Positions 27,276 through 38,217 of a stretch of DNA of 64,000 bases are shown here, in pieces. The position numbers were made by a program, and so were the translations under genes. Positions within the stretch are counted from its first letter, which is position 1; each line of letters starts with the position of its first letter. The notes beneath the pieces are model-generated. The model had not been told where the DNA came from. It worked only from the letters and a program-made list of their open reading frames with translations, and ran no database searches. Origin of the DNA: a virus (lineage: Duplodnaviria > Caudoviricetes); IMG/VR virus record IMGVR_UViG_3300038524_000024, positions 1 through 64,000 of that record; one strand, 5' to 3'.

Positions 27276-27412
27276 TGTTGGCATATATTTTTGCTTGACA
27301 ACATTGTTGTTATGTGATATACTTGTATGGATAAAGAATACGAAATGGAGGCATTATAAGGCAATCTTTATACTTTTTTCTCTCTAAATAAACTAAAAAA
27401 TCGAAGGATGAT

Positions 27413-27895
27413 ATGACAAATAAAACAAACAAAGCGATTATCTTTTTACAAGGTGATAGTGAGAGTAAAAACACTTTCAACAGTCTAATCAAAGAAAAAG
27501 GCTATTGGACTTGGAATGTCAACAATAAGAATTATTTATCTTTTATATCCAGACAATATCTTGGTTGGAATGGAAAAAGAACAAGTAAGTTCTACGAGTT
27601 TCTTGATGAATTTAAAACACTTGTTGACAAATATTGGGATTACGAAACTGTATACACACAAGACTTGATGTATAAGTTTATCAAAGACGCAAAGACAAAC
27701 GTTTTAGTTTTTCATAATGTTAGTGATAACGTTTTCAAAACACTTTCTACAGGGGAACCAGAACAGTTTGTGAAGCTCACTTTATCGAAAACGCTACCAA
27801 CTAACCTAGACGACGACATTGATAATATTGTGAATGTAGAAGAAGAGGATTGGGAGACGGCAATACTAGACTTTATGAAAAAATACATTAAATAA
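27413..27895 (+). CDS. Hypothetical protein, possibly a degenerate NMP-kinase fold
   Basis: Follows promoter at 27295-27323; YLGWNGKR resembles YFGWDGKK of 38740-39267. Confidence 0.6.
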   Translation: MTNKTNKAIIFLQGDSESKNTFNSLIKEKGYWTWNVNNKNYLSFISRQYLGWNGKRTSKFYEFLDEFKTLVDKYWDYETVYTQDLMYKFIKDAKTNVLVFHNVSDNVFKTLSTGEPEQFVKLTLSKTLPTNLDDDIDNIVNVEEEDWETAILDFMKKYIK

Positions 27896-27903
27896 GGAGT
27901 ATT

Positions 27904-28887
27904 ATGGATTTTAAAATTGCACAAGCAAAAAGAGAGAATATTTGGGCAAAGGTTGCGCTGATGGGCGCAAGTGGTAGTGGTAAAACATATTCTGCGTTGA
28001 GAGTTGCCACAGGTATGTTGGAAGAATTGAAGAAACGCGGGCTTGAAAAAAATGGACGTATTGCTTTTGTTAATACTGAAGGTGCTCGTGGTAGATACTA
28101 TGCAAATGAATTTGACTACGATATTGCAGACATGGAACCCCCATATAATCCAGAGAAGTATGTGGAATATATTAATGAAATCGTCAAGGCAAATTATCCC
28201 ATCTTAATTATTGATAGTACCTCTCATGAATGGGAAGGCAAAGGTGGTGCGCTCGAATTGCAACAACTCGCCGGTGGCAGATATCAGGATTGGGGTAAAA
28301 TTACTCCACGCCATGATAGATTTATCTTGTCTATTGCGGATTCCCCAATTCACATTATAGCAACTATGCGTGGCAAAGACCAATATACCCTAGAACAAGA
28401 TGGTAATAAATCTGTTGTCAAAAAGTTAGGCGTTGGCGCAAAGCAACGAGATGGTTTTGAATATGAATTTACTGCTAGCTTTTTAATTGACCAACTTAAT
28501 AACCTTGCTATTACGCAAAAAGATAACACACATTTATTTGAAACTCGTGGTTATATAAAATTGTCTGAGAGTGATGGTAAAGAAATTATTGAATGGGCTA
28601 ATAGTGGTGATGCAGAATATGTTGCCCCAAAGCGTTACGAAGAGGCTATTGCCGAAATCAAAGCCGAGCAAGAGGTGGGAGAAGAAGAGGAAGCGCTTGA
28701 TGAATTACGTGAGATTATTATTAATTTAGCAAAGACGATTGGTGGTCAAAAGGATAAAGACCTGATGACGGTAATGCGTAAATATACACCAACGGGTAAC
28801 CCAAATAAGATTACAGACTTAGCGGTTGCACAAAAGTTGTATGATGAGATGGCACTACTTTGGGAATCTAAACAAGAAAGTAAATAA
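27904..28887 (+). CDS. AAA_24/Sak4-like ATPase (recombination)
   Basis: GASGSGKT, NTE, IIDSTSHEW, ATMR. Confidence 0.85.
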   Translation: MDFKIAQAKRENIWAKVALMGASGSGKTYSALRVATGMLEELKKRGLEKNGRIAFVNTEGARGRYYANEFDYDIADMEPPYNPEKYVEYINEIVKANYPILIIDSTSHEWEGKGGALELQQLAGGRYQDWGKITPRHDRFILSIADSPIHIIATMRGKDQYTLEQDGNKSVVKKLGVGAKQRDGFEYEFTASFLIDQLNNLAITQKDNTHLFETRGYIKLSESDGKEIIEWANSGDAEYVAPKRYEEAIAEIKAEQEVGEEEEALDELREIIINLAKTIGGQKDKDLMTVMRKYTPTGNPNKITDLAVAQKLYDEMALLWESKQESK

Positions 28888-28896
28888 GGAGATATT

Positions 28897-29280
28897 ATGA
28901 TTTTTTTTGAACAATATGCTACTATCTGGGAAATTTTAGAAGATAAGGGCAAATATGCACGTGTAAAGTTTTCAACGTCTCGTAAAGACAAAAACAATGA
29001 AGGGGTTTACCATACATCATATTGGTTTGCTAATTTTATTGGTCGGGCATATGAGAAGGTAAGAGATTTAGATGTTGGTACCCGTGTGCAAGTAAAGGGA
29101 ACACTTGACAATGAACCATTTGTCGATGCGTCTGGAGAGAAAGTGTATCGCAAACAACCGGCTATGGCTGTATATGACATTGAGTTGCAACTTGATAAAC
29201 AGCCGGTTGGTAAACGTATGGATACACCACCAAAGCAAGTTAAAACTGGTCGTGTTACCGAAGAAGACTTGCCATTCTAA
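28897..29280 (+). CDS. ssb: Single-stranded DNA-binding protein
   Basis: OB-fold pattern; acidic EEDLPF tail. Confidence 0.85.
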   Translation: MIFFEQYATIWEILEDKGKYARVKFSTSRKDKNNEGVYHTSYWFANFIGRAYEKVRDLDVGTRVQVKGTLDNEPFVDASGEKVYRKQPAMAVYDIELQLDKQPVGKRMDTPPKQVKTGRVTEEDLPF

Positions 29281-29290
29281 TTCTAATCAT

Positions 29291-29328
29291 CAGGGTGGGG
29301 TATAAAAGCCCCACCCTAAATAAAAAAA
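29291..29328. terminator. GC-rich hairpin between ssb and primase
   Basis: AGGGTGGGG/CCCCACCCT followed by A-run. Confidence 0.55.
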
Positions 29329-29347
29329 TAATACTGGAGGATTACCT

Positions 29348-32227
29348 TTGATTATTCCAAGAGAACTGATTGAAGAAGCTAAAAACAAACTTGGAGAAAA
29401 AGGTGCTTTTATTATTGCAAAAGACCTTCACTTAGAACAATTTGATGAAAAAAATCTTAAAGCAATATGCAAGTGGCATCATGAAGAAACACCAAGTCTT
29501 ATTTGGAACCCAAAAGAAAATTCATATAAGTGCTTTGGCTGTGGTAAGGTATATGGAATTATTGACCACTATATGTCGTTCGATGGGCTTACTTTTCTTG
29601 AAAGTGCACAAAAACTATTTGGCTTAGTAGATACAAATTATAAGTTCGGTCAAAAAGGTGTAAAAACAAGAGAATATTTATATCCAGAATATACGGTAGA
29701 TTCCAATAGAGATTTAGTCGATGCTTATTTCGCAAAAAGAAAAATATCAAGAGAAACGTTAGATTATTTTGACATCAAACAGCATAAAGGAAATGTGGTT
29801 TTTAATTTTTATGATGAGAATGATGTTCTTACAACTGTTAAATTAAGACCATCACATAAGCCAAGTGAAAGCGAACAAAAGGAATGGTTCTTACCTAAGT
29901 ATGACAACAAACCAATCTTATTTGGAATGAATAAGGTAGACCCAACAAAACCACTTTTGATAACTGAGGGTCAATGTTTAACTGGCGATGCTGAAGTTTT
30001 AACACCTTTGGGATGGGTTCGGCTTGATGAGTATAGTGGACAACAAGTTCTTCAAGTCGATAAGGATATGTCTGCAAATTTTACAATACCTATTGCATAT
30101 ATAAAAAAACAATATGATGATAATTTATTTGTGGCACAAGGCGTAAAAACAAGTTACTATAGCGCAGTTACAAAAGACCACAACCTCGTATATTTTGACT
30201 ATAAAAATAGACTTATAAAACGAAGAGTGGATGAACTACCATTAAATATGGGTGATGCTAAAATCCCTACGGCAGTTTTTGTTAATGGTGGCGGTATTCC
30301 ACTTACCAATGACCAAATTGCGTTATACCTTGCCATTAGTGCCGATGCAACAATAGATGCCCGTAAAGATGGAACACGACATAGCAGATTTGGAGTTAAA
30401 AAAGATAGAAAATATATAAGGCTAAAGGGAATTTTAGATAGACTTAATATAACTTATTTTGATAACCCAATTAGTAACGGCACAGGCATTCACAATATTG
30501 GAAAATATAAATATTTAGGCTTTAAAACACCAGATTGGATACAAAGCAAAGAATTGCCAATAGAGTGGGTGCAATTAGCGACTATAGAACAAAAACGCTT
30601 TATTATTGATGAAATGGTTTTCTGGGATGGAAACAAAGTAAAAGGAAGAACATTTACTGAGTTCTCAACAACCTCAGAAAACAATGCAGATTTCATGCAG
30701 ATTATGGCAAGCACATCTGGAATCATGTCTAGTAAACGTATAAAATGTTTGCCCACCAAAGAACATAAAACTAGGTATAATGTAAAGATTTTACATCAAA
30801 AATCACACATATCTATGCAACATAATTTGTTTGTTGAAGAAAAGTATTCTGGATTAGTATATTGTGTTACAGTACCAACCGGCATGTTTTTAGTTAGACA
30901 AAAAGATAAGATTTCAGTTACTGGAAATTGTGATACTATGTCGGTATTTGAATCAGGGTATTCAAACGTAGTATCAATTCCTAGTGGAACAGAAAATAAG
31001 AAGTTTATTGAAGAGTGTTGGGATTGGTTAGAACAATTTGACAAGATTATATTGTGGTATGATAATGATGCACCGGGAATAAAAGCAAGAAAAGAAGTTG
31101 CTAATAGGCTAGGCACATGGCGTACTCTATATGTTGACATGCCACAAACCATGATAAGAGATGACGGAAAAATAATTTCCTGTAAAGATGCAAATGAAGT
31201 GTTATATTTCTTTGGCAAAAATAAAGTTATAAACTTGATTGAAAGCGCAGAAGAGATACCGGTAAGTGGAGTAACTAATTTATCTACTGTACCCGATTTC
31301 AATATCTCTGAAGCAGATGGTCTATACACTAAACTAAAACCACTTGACGATATTATTTATAAATTCCTTATGGGAAGCGTCGTAGTTGTTACTGGAAGAA
31401 GGGGAGGTGGAAAGAGTTCTTGGGCTAATCAAACATTTGTTTGTGAACCATTGAATCAGGGCTATGATGTTTTTTATTATTCTGGTGAGTTAGATGCTAG
31501 GGTATTAAAAAGTTGGATTGATATAAATCTAGCGGGTGAAGAAAAAGTCAGAGAAGAAGACGGTGGCGCAGTAAAAATAATTGACCAAACCGCACGAGAA
31601 CAAATGACAGAGTGGTACAATGGTCGTGTTTGGATTTATGATAACCATTCGCATAAGGCAAAGGATATTTTAGACACAGGTATCAACGTAACTCGCAAAT
31701 ATGGGGCAAGAGTTTGGGTTTTAGATAACCTTATGATGATGGATTTGGAGAACGAAGGAGACTTGACCAGCGTTTTACAAAAACAAAAAGAATTTATTGC
31801 CAGTATTGTACGCCTTGCTCAAACATATGGCGTTCTAATTGCCTTGGTTATTCATCCAAGAAAAGCTAGTGGTGGTCAGAGTGAACTAGTTGCTGACGAT
31901 GTAAGTGGTTCTGGTGACCTAACCAATATGTCACAATATGTTGTCAGCGTACATAGGTTTAGTGAAAAGGAAAAGCAAGGAATTCCAGACGGAAAAGGTG
32001 GATACAAAAAAGGGGGCGAGCCCGTAGAACATGATGTGGCTATTGAAGTACTAAAGAATCGCTATACTGGAAAAAATGGTATAGCCCTACTTAATTTCAA
32101 CTATACGGATTATCGGTTTTACTCTAACGAAAACGAGCTATATAAAAGGTACAAATGGAACAAGGATACTATGCCATATAGGAAAAAGAAGAAAGAACAA
32201 CTTGCTAATGATTTCTTTATGGATTGA
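29348..32227 (+). CDS. Primase-helicase (Zn finger, TOPRIM, SF4 helicase) with intein
   Basis: CKWH..CFGC; ITEG; YDND; KDANE; TGRRGGGKS; LDNL; VIHPRK; KNR. Confidence 0.92.
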   Translation: MIIPRELIEEAKNKLGEKGAFIIAKDLHLEQFDEKNLKAICKWHHEETPSLIWNPKENSYKCFGCGKVYGIIDHYMSFDGLTFLESAQKLFGLVDTNYKFGQKGVKTREYLYPEYTVDSNRDLVDAYFAKRKISRETLDYFDIKQHKGNVVFNFYDENDVLTTVKLRPSHKPSESEQKEWFLPKYDNKPILFGMNKVDPTKPLLITEGQCLTGDAEVLTPLGWVRLDEYSGQQVLQVDKDMSANFTIPIAYIKKQYDDNLFVAQGVKTSYYSAVTKDHNLVYFDYKNRLIKRRVDELPLNMGDAKIPTAVFVNGGGIPLTNDQIALYLAISADATIDARKDGTRHSRFGVKKDRKYIRLKGILDRLNITYFDNPISNGTGIHNIGKYKYLGFKTPDWIQSKELPIEWVQLATIEQKRFIIDEMVFWDGNKVKGRTFTEFSTTSENNADFMQIMASTSGIMSSKRIKCLPTKEHKTRYNVKILHQKSHISMQHNLFVEEKYSGLVYCVTVPTGMFLVRQKDKISVTGNCDTMSVFESGYSNVVSIPSGTENKKFIEECWDWLEQFDKIILWYDNDAPGIKARKEVANRLGTWRTLYVDMPQTMIRDDGKIISCKDANEVLYFFGKNKVINLIESAEEIPVSGVTNLSTVPDFNISEADGLYTKLKPLDDIIYKFLMGSVVVVTGRRGGGKSSWANQTFVCEPLNQGYDVFYYSGELDARVLKSWIDINLAGEEKVREEDGGAVKIIDQTAREQMTEWYNGRVWIYDNHSHKAKDILDTGINVTRKYGARVWVLDNLMMMDLENEGDLTSVLQKQKEFIASIVRLAQTYGVLIALVIHPRKASGGQSELVADDVSGSGDLTNMSQYVVSVHRFSEKEKQGIPDGKGGYKKGGEPVEHDVAIEVLKNRYTGKNGIALLNFNYTDYRFYSNENELYKRYKWNKDTMPYRKKKKEQLANDFFMD
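29975..30928 (+). mobile_element. Intein in TOPRIM domain, LAGLIDADG-like endonuclease
   Basis: ITEGQ|CLTGD...TKDH...VYCVTVPTG..VTGN|C. Confidence 0.9.
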
Positions 32228-33027
32228 GGATAAAAGTGAGTGAATATGATTTTTTATTAAAAAACATGGTTTATAGTTATAGTAGTATAAGTTCATTTGA
32301 ACAATGTCCATATGCATTTAAACTATCATATATCAAAAATGTTCCAAGAAGAAATAATGCTTTTGCACAATTTGGCAACTTAATGCATGACATATTAGAA
32401 AAATATTTTTCTGAAGAACTTATGATATGGGACTTAGTTGACTATTACAAGGACAACTATAGCAAGAAAGTAAAAATAGTATATCCACCCAATCAGTATG
32501 TTGATTTATCTCAATCATATTATGAATTTGGCGTGAATTTTTTTGATAATTTTGATTTTCCACTCGAAGATTACGATGTATTCTCAATAGAAAAAACAAT
32601 AAAGTTTTCTCTTGGAGAATATAAACTAAGCGCCAGACCGGACTTGATATTGACAAATAAAACAGATGGTGGTAAAATACTATTTGATTACAAAACGGAA
32701 AAGTTGAAGACAACAAAGCCACAAAAGGCAAAACAATTAGAAAAAATTATGCGCCAGATGGAACTTTATTCTTATGCAATCTGGGCACAGGATAATATCG
32801 AAGTAGATGAAATGAAAGTTTGGTTTGTAAGAGATAATGTTTTTCAAAGCAAAAAGGTTGACCCATCAGAGGTTGCTCTTACCACTGCGTGGGCTTCAGA
32901 AACAATTGAAAAAATACAAGATGAAACAATTTGGCAACCAACTAACACTAAAGAAAACGAATTTTTTTGTAGATATCTATGTGGTGTAAGAGGTTCTTGC
33001 AAATACATTGATAATCCATCACCATAA
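32224..33027 (+). CDS. PD-(D/E)XK Cas4/AddB-like exonuclease
   Basis: YSYS..QCP, GNLMH, ARPDL, DYKT, Q..LY, C..LC....C. Confidence 0.88.
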   Translation: MRIKVSEYDFLLKNMVYSYSSISSFEQCPYAFKLSYIKNVPRRNNAFAQFGNLMHDILEKYFSEELMIWDLVDYYKDNYSKKVKIVYPPNQYVDLSQSYYEFGVNFFDNFDFPLEDYDVFSIEKTIKFSLGEYKLSARPDLILTNKTDGGKILFDYKTEKLKTTKPQKAKQLEKIMRQMELYSYAIWAQDNIEVDEMKVWFVRDNVFQSKKVDPSEVALTTAWASETIEKIQDETIWQPTNTKENEFFCRYLCGVRGSCKYIDNPSP

Positions 33028-33044
33028 CATTAGAAGGGAGTGAT

Positions 33045-33722
33045 GTGGGCAGAAAAACTATAAACATTCCAATGGGAACTAGGTTTGGTAAATTGGTCGC
33101 AATAGAAGAAATTGGAACAATCAAAACACATAGTTATATAAAATGTAAATGTGATTGCGGTAATACATATGATGTTATCAAGTCGCATCTTATAAGTGGA
33201 CACACCACCTCTTGTGGACATCCACAAGACGGGGCACAGCAATGGAAAATGGTTGACGCTATAGGAACGGTTTCATTTAGTATTTCTGGTGAAATATTTT
33301 TGCTTGATGGCGATGATTTTTATAAATATAAAAATTGCCCAGCACACATAAAAAAATATAATAACGGTGACAAATATTTGAGAATAAAATATAATGGAAA
33401 GTGGGATGTTTTTCATAGGTTGATTATGAATGCAAAAGCTAGTCAACTCGTAGACCATATAAACAATGACACTATGGATAATAGAAAATCAAACCTAAGA
33501 TTTGTCACTAGGCAACAAAATGCCTTTAACCATAAGGTATTTATAAATAATACGTCGGGCGTCTCTGGTATTTGTTTCGATAAAAAAAATAACAGATGGT
33601 ACGCGCAAATTATGCACTCGTATCATAATAATTTTCTTGGTTACTTTGATACGAAAGACCAAGCGATAATAGCAAGAAAACAAGCAGAAGAACAATACTT
33701 TGGTGAGTATAGATATGAATAA
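33045..33722 (+). CDS. HNH-AP2 homing endonuclease
   Basis: CKCDCG, HRLIM, VDHIN..DNRKSNLR, NNTSGVSG, AP2-like tail. Confidence 0.9.
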   Translation: MGRKTINIPMGTRFGKLVAIEEIGTIKTHSYIKCKCDCGNTYDVIKSHLISGHTTSCGHPQDGAQQWKMVDAIGTVSFSISGEIFLLDGDDFYKYKNCPAHIKKYNNGDKYLRIKYNGKWDVFHRLIMNAKASQLVDHINNDTMDNRKSNLRFVTRQQNAFNHKVFINNTSGVSGICFDKKNNRWYAQIMHSYHNNFLGYFDTKDQAIIARKQAEEQYFGEYRYE

Positions 33723-36700
33723 ATATGTAAACTACCATAAACATGACCACTATTCTAATATCATTACACCCGATAGTGCGGTAACACCACTAGACTACCT
33801 AAACAGAAGCCTAGAGTTGAGTCATACAGTATTGTCATCGGTGAATCATGGTACTGTTGGAAGATATATAGAATATTATGATTTAGCCAAAAAGAACGGA
33901 ATGAAATTCTTATTTGGAGTAGAAGCATATATTGTTAATGACCGCATTGCCGAGATTGACGGTAAGAGGGACGCTACTAATGCTCACATTGTTCTCTTAG
34001 CTAAAAATGAAAATGGTCGGAAAAACATAAATCGTATCATTTCGCAAGCAAATATAGATGGCTTCTATTATCGTCCACGTATTGATATGGGATTGTTATT
34101 GTCGTTACCAAAAGACGATGTGTGGGTAACAACCGCATGTCTTGCTGGCATCTGGAGATTAGACAGTACTAACGAAACTATATTAAAAATATTTGAGCAT
34201 TTTGGTATGAATTTTTTCTTAGAAGTGCAATCGCACCATGTTAAAGAACAAGCTATTATTAACAAAAGAATCATTAATCTTAGCAACCAGTATGGCATTC
34301 CTATTATTGCAGGTATAGACAGTCACTACATATATTCTAATCAAGCAAAAGACAGAGATGACTTCTTACTTTCACGTGGTGTTAAATATGAAGACGAAGA
34401 TAACTGGTTTATGGATTTTCCAAGCTACGATGAGGTATATGAAAGATTTATAAAACAAGGTGTATTAAGCACCCCGCAAATAAAAGAGGCACTTAACAAT
34501 ACGCTTATCTTTGAAATGGTCGAAGAATATGATAGTCCAATTTTTAATATGGACGTAAAGTTGCCGACGCTATATCCTACCAAAACACAACAAGAAAAAA
34601 ATGTTATTTTTGAAAATTTAGTAAATGATAGATGGCAAGAAGAAAAGAAGAATATTCCTGTCGATAAAATTAGTCTATACGAACAAGAAATTGCCAAAGA
34701 AGTTGAGACGATTATTGATACCAATATGGCTGATTACTTTTTGCTAGATTATGAAATAGTAAAGCGCGGTGTTGAGATGGGTGGGCATATAACACTTACA
34801 GGTCGTGGTTCTGCGCCTAGTTATTATTTATCTAAACTACTTGGGATTACAACCATTGACCGTATTTCTGCTGAAGTAAAGTTATTTCCTGAAAGATTTA
34901 TTACAAAAGAACGTATTTTAGAAGCAGGAACCTTACCCGATATTGACTTAAATCTTGGTAACCCTGATATTTTTTATCAGGCACAAAAAAAGATATTGGG
35001 TGAGAATAATTCTTTTCCAATGTTGGCATATGGTACGGCTAAACCAAAAGCAGCGTGGAAGATATATGCGAGAGCACAAGGGTTGGATTTTCCAACCGCA
35101 AACGCTGTTTCTGACGACATAGATAGGTATGAAATGTCATTGAAACACGCAGAAACGGAAGAAGATAGGCAAGACGTAGACATATTAGAATATATCAGTC
35201 CAAAATATATTGATATGTATCAAAATAGTGTTAAGTATCAAGGCACTGTTAGTGATGCGAAAGTCGCCCCATGCGGATTTCTTATTTATAATGGCAACAT
35301 TCCAGAGGAAATAGGGGTTATAAAATTAAAGGATAATTTATGTACTGTGATGGATGGCGCATGGGCAGAACATTATAATTTCCTTAAGAATGACCTATTG
35401 AAAGTTTCAGTTGTTGAGTTGATTTATCGTATTTATAATAAATTGAACATCAAACCACACACTCTACAAGAAATTATTACTCTTAGTGAGGGTAATAATA
35501 AAGTTTGGGATGTTTATAAAAACGCATGGACTGCTGGTATCAATCAATTGGAGCAAGGCTCTACAAGAGGGCGCGTTGCTAGATATGCGCCCACTAATAT
35601 TTCTGAATTATCTGCTTTTGTTGCAGCGATACGTCCGGGATTTAAATCATATTATAAAAGATTTGAATCAAGAGAGCCTTTCTCGTTTGGAGTTTCATCA
35701 TTAGATAAGCTAATTCAAACCGAACGTTTTCCATTCTCATATATGCTTTATCAGGAAAACGCTATGAATGTATTGCAATATGCTGGAATTCCCACATCTC
35801 AAACATATGAAGTTGTGAAGAACATAGCTAAAAAAAGGGCAGAAAAAGTATATAAATATAAAGAATCCTTCACTGAAGGAATGACGAAAAGGCTGGTTGA
35901 AGACGAAAACATTACAACCAAAAGAGCAAAAGAAATTGCCCATGATACTTGGCAAGTAATTGAAGATAGCTCGAATTATAGTTTTAATGCCTGCTTGTCT
36001 AGAAAAACAAAAATACAAAAAGCGGGAACTAAAATTAATAGTTTTAATCCAACTATTGAAGAAATGTTTCTGATTAAAAATAATAGGCAGTATGCAGTCG
36101 AAACTAAGCATTTAGCCCTACATTCAAAATACAAAACATATGGTTATGGCAATGCTTTGTCAATGGATGACGATGGCAGAATACGAAAAAATAAAATAAT
36201 AGATATTAGATATGCTGGTTATAAACAAACGTATAAGGTTATAACAAATAGCGGTGCGCATGTAATATGTACCGACAATCATAAATTTCCAACAAACAAT
36301 GGTATAAAACAATTGAAACAATTGAGTGTAGGAGATAGTCTTTATGTTGCTGGTCAATATGAAAAATATAATAATAATGAAGCTCGACGTTTAACTAATG
36401 GAAATTTTGAAAGTAATTTACCTAAAAACGGTGAAAAAGGATTTCAAGAGCGCCCAGATGGTGCGTCAAGAAAATTTAATGATTTTCGCAACAGTAGGAA
36501 ACATTCCTGCATATCTTGTGAAAGTTGCGGCGCGGCATATTCAAATGATAATAGATTTGAAGTGCATCATAAAGACTTTGACCATAAGAATAACAGCGCA
36601 GAGAATCTAATGTGGCTATGTACATCTTGTCATAAAACAAAACACTACGAAAATGGAAGAAAAAAAGCATATGAAAAAGGCATACCAACTCATTTAGAGA

Positions 36701-37743
36701 AAATAATTGCTATTAACCTTGACGAAGAACTTGATGTGTATGATGTTGAAATGGGTGCGCCCTCGCATACTATTATTGCCGAATCCGGTTTGGTTGTCTC
36801 TAATTCGCATTCATATTCTGTTGCTGGGGATAGTATGTATGGCGCCTACTTAAAATCTCATTATCCGCTTGAATTTTATGAGGTTTTATTAAATCTTTGT
36901 GAAGAAGATGGCGATAAAGAAAGACTAGCCATGACAAAAGATGAAGCAAAAAAAGCGTATAAAATAAAGTTTCCACCATTCAGGTTCGGACAGGACAATA
37001 GAGCAATTGTATCAAATAAAGAAAAATGGGAAATCACATCTAGTTTACAAAGCATAAAGGGTTTTGGTAAGAAAGTTGGAGAAGATATGTTTGCTCTTGC
37101 AAATAATAAGTTTAATAATTTTCTCGATTTACTTATTTTTGCAGAAGACAAAGGTATGTTGTATTCGTATTTTGAGAAGTTGATACAAATTCAATATTTT
37201 GATGAATTTGGTGGTAATCTCAAATTACATAAACTTTATAAAGAATTCATAGAAGGGAAGAACAGATATGTAAAAACCCATACGGAAAAAACTAAAGCTA
37301 AGAGAATACAAGAACTGAGAACATATTGGAAAACATTGCCAGATGAAAGTTACAATCTTGTTAGTCAGATAGAAATGGAATTGTCAATTCTTGGTTCGAT
37401 TCACGCACAATATAATATACCAAGAGAATACTTATATGTTATGTCTGTTGATACACAATATGCCCCTAGAATTGAAACATATTGCCTAGCAACTGGCACT
37501 GTAAATTCATTAAAAATAAGAAAAAAAATATATGAAAATAATATATTTTATGGTGGCGATATTATCAAATTAGATATGGCATCGCGTAGTGATGGCTCGC
37601 TTATGTTTTTTACTAAGGAGCCACGTAGAAAGTTTGAAAATGGAATATTTGTAGATTCTGATGATGAATTTGATTGGTGGTCTGCAAGATATGAGGTTGT
37701 CCAAGTGGATAGCTTTACAAAAATTGTTGAAAATTCATATTGA
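33715..37743 (+). CDS. dnaE: DNA polymerase III alpha (family C) with intein
   Basis: PHP motifs HKH, GVEAY, DSHY; GRGSA; PDID; YQE; YSFN|SH. Confidence 0.95.
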   Translation: MNKYVNYHKHDHYSNIITPDSAVTPLDYLNRSLELSHTVLSSVNHGTVGRYIEYYDLAKKNGMKFLFGVEAYIVNDRIAEIDGKRDATNAHIVLLAKNENGRKNINRIISQANIDGFYYRPRIDMGLLLSLPKDDVWVTTACLAGIWRLDSTNETILKIFEHFGMNFFLEVQSHHVKEQAIINKRIINLSNQYGIPIIAGIDSHYIYSNQAKDRDDFLLSRGVKYEDEDNWFMDFPSYDEVYERFIKQGVLSTPQIKEALNNTLIFEMVEEYDSPIFNMDVKLPTLYPTKTQQEKNVIFENLVNDRWQEEKKNIPVDKISLYEQEIAKEVETIIDTNMADYFLLDYEIVKRGVEMGGHITLTGRGSAPSYYLSKLLGITTIDRISAEVKLFPERFITKERILEAGTLPDIDLNLGNPDIFYQAQKKILGENNSFPMLAYGTAKPKAAWKIYARAQGLDFPTANAVSDDIDRYEMSLKHAETEEDRQDVDILEYISPKYIDMYQNSVKYQGTVSDAKVAPCGFLIYNGNIPEEIGVIKLKDNLCTVMDGAWAEHYNFLKNDLLKVSVVELIYRIYNKLNIKPHTLQEIITLSEGNNKVWDVYKNAWTAGINQLEQGSTRGRVARYAPTNISELSAFVAAIRPGFKSYYKRFESREPFSFGVSSLDKLIQTERFPFSYMLYQENAMNVLQYAGIPTSQTYEVVKNIAKKRAEKVYKYKESFTEGMTKRLVEDENITTKRAKEIAHDTWQVIEDSSNYSFNACLSRKTKIQKAGTKINSFNPTIEEMFLIKNNRQYAVETKHLALHSKYKTYGYGNALSMDDDGRIRKNKIIDIRYAGYKQTYKVITNSGAHVICTDNHKFPTNNGIKQLKQLSVGDSLYVAGQYEKYNNNEARRLTNGNFESNLPKNGEKGFQERPDGASRKFNDFRNSRKHSCISCESCGAAYSNDNRFEVHHKDFDHKNNSAENLMWLCTSCHKTKHYENGRKKAYEKGIPTHLEKIIAINLDEELDVYDVEMGAPSHTIIAESGLVVSNSHSYSVAGDSMYGAYLKSHYPLEFYEVLLNLCEEDGDKERLAMTKDEAKKAYKIKFPPFRFGQDNRAIVSNKEKWEITSSLQSIKGFGKKVGEDMFALANNKFNNFLDLLIFAEDKGMLYSYFEKLIQIQYFDEFGGNLKLHKLYKEFIEGKNRYVKTHTEKTKAKRIQELRTYWKTLPDESYNLVSQIEMELSILGSIHAQYNIPREYLYVMSVDTQYAPRIETYCLATGTVNSLKIRKKIYENNIFYGGDIIKLDMASRSDGSLMFFTKEPRRKFENGIFVDSDDEFDWWSARYEVVQVDSFTKIVENSY
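35992..36804 (+). mobile_element. Intein with HNH endonuclease in dnaE
   Basis: FNA|CLSRKT...TDNHKF...HHKD..NN...LCTSCH...VYDVEM..VVSN|S. Confidence 0.9.
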
Positions 37744-37794
37744 CAAATTCAATAGTTTGATGTATAATTATATAAACATAACAAAGGAGTTATA

Positions 37795-38217
37795 ATGGCT
37801 AGGAAATCAACGAAAAAGGTAAATAAGGATATCAGTATAGAGGAATTAGAGACAGCAAATGCTTTGACTTCGTTTACTGATGAGCAAGTCAAAACAATCG
37901 CAGAAGTCAATACTGAAATAAATGACAGCATGGATATCGTTTCTCCAGAAAACGAGGAAATGATTTTAGTTCAAAAACCATTCGAACTCAATCTAACACA
38001 AACTGTTGGTGTGTCTGGTACGGTAGCCCATATAGATACAAAAGATTTTAGTCAGATTATATTGCTCAGAAAAGTTGCCGGTCTAAAAAGTGGAACAATT
38101 ATAGATATTATTGACACCGATAGACATGGTGGTGTTCATTTTAAAATTGGTGAAACAGAAGCATATTTAAGTACTTATGAAAAAGATAAGTTATGGAAGT
38201 TTTACGGTGAGAAATAA
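37795..38217 (+). CDS. Hypothetical protein
   Basis: Promoter at 37740-37768; AAGGAG RBS. Confidence 0.7.
   Translation: MARKSTKKVNKDISIEELETANALTSFTDEQVKTIAEVNTEINDSMDIVSPENEEMILVQKPFELNLTQTVGVSGTVAHIDTKDFSQIILLRKVAGLKSGTIIDIIDTDRHGGVHFKIGETEAYLSTYEKDKLWKFYGEK

Noticed and set aside
27279-27295. sigma54 promoter TGGCATATATTTTTGC
   Set aside because: GG-to-GC spacing is 11 rather than 10, and a sigma70 promoter follows directly
32224-33027. CRISPR-associated cas4
   Set aside because: Stand-alone nuclease in the replication module with no cas1/cas2 or array
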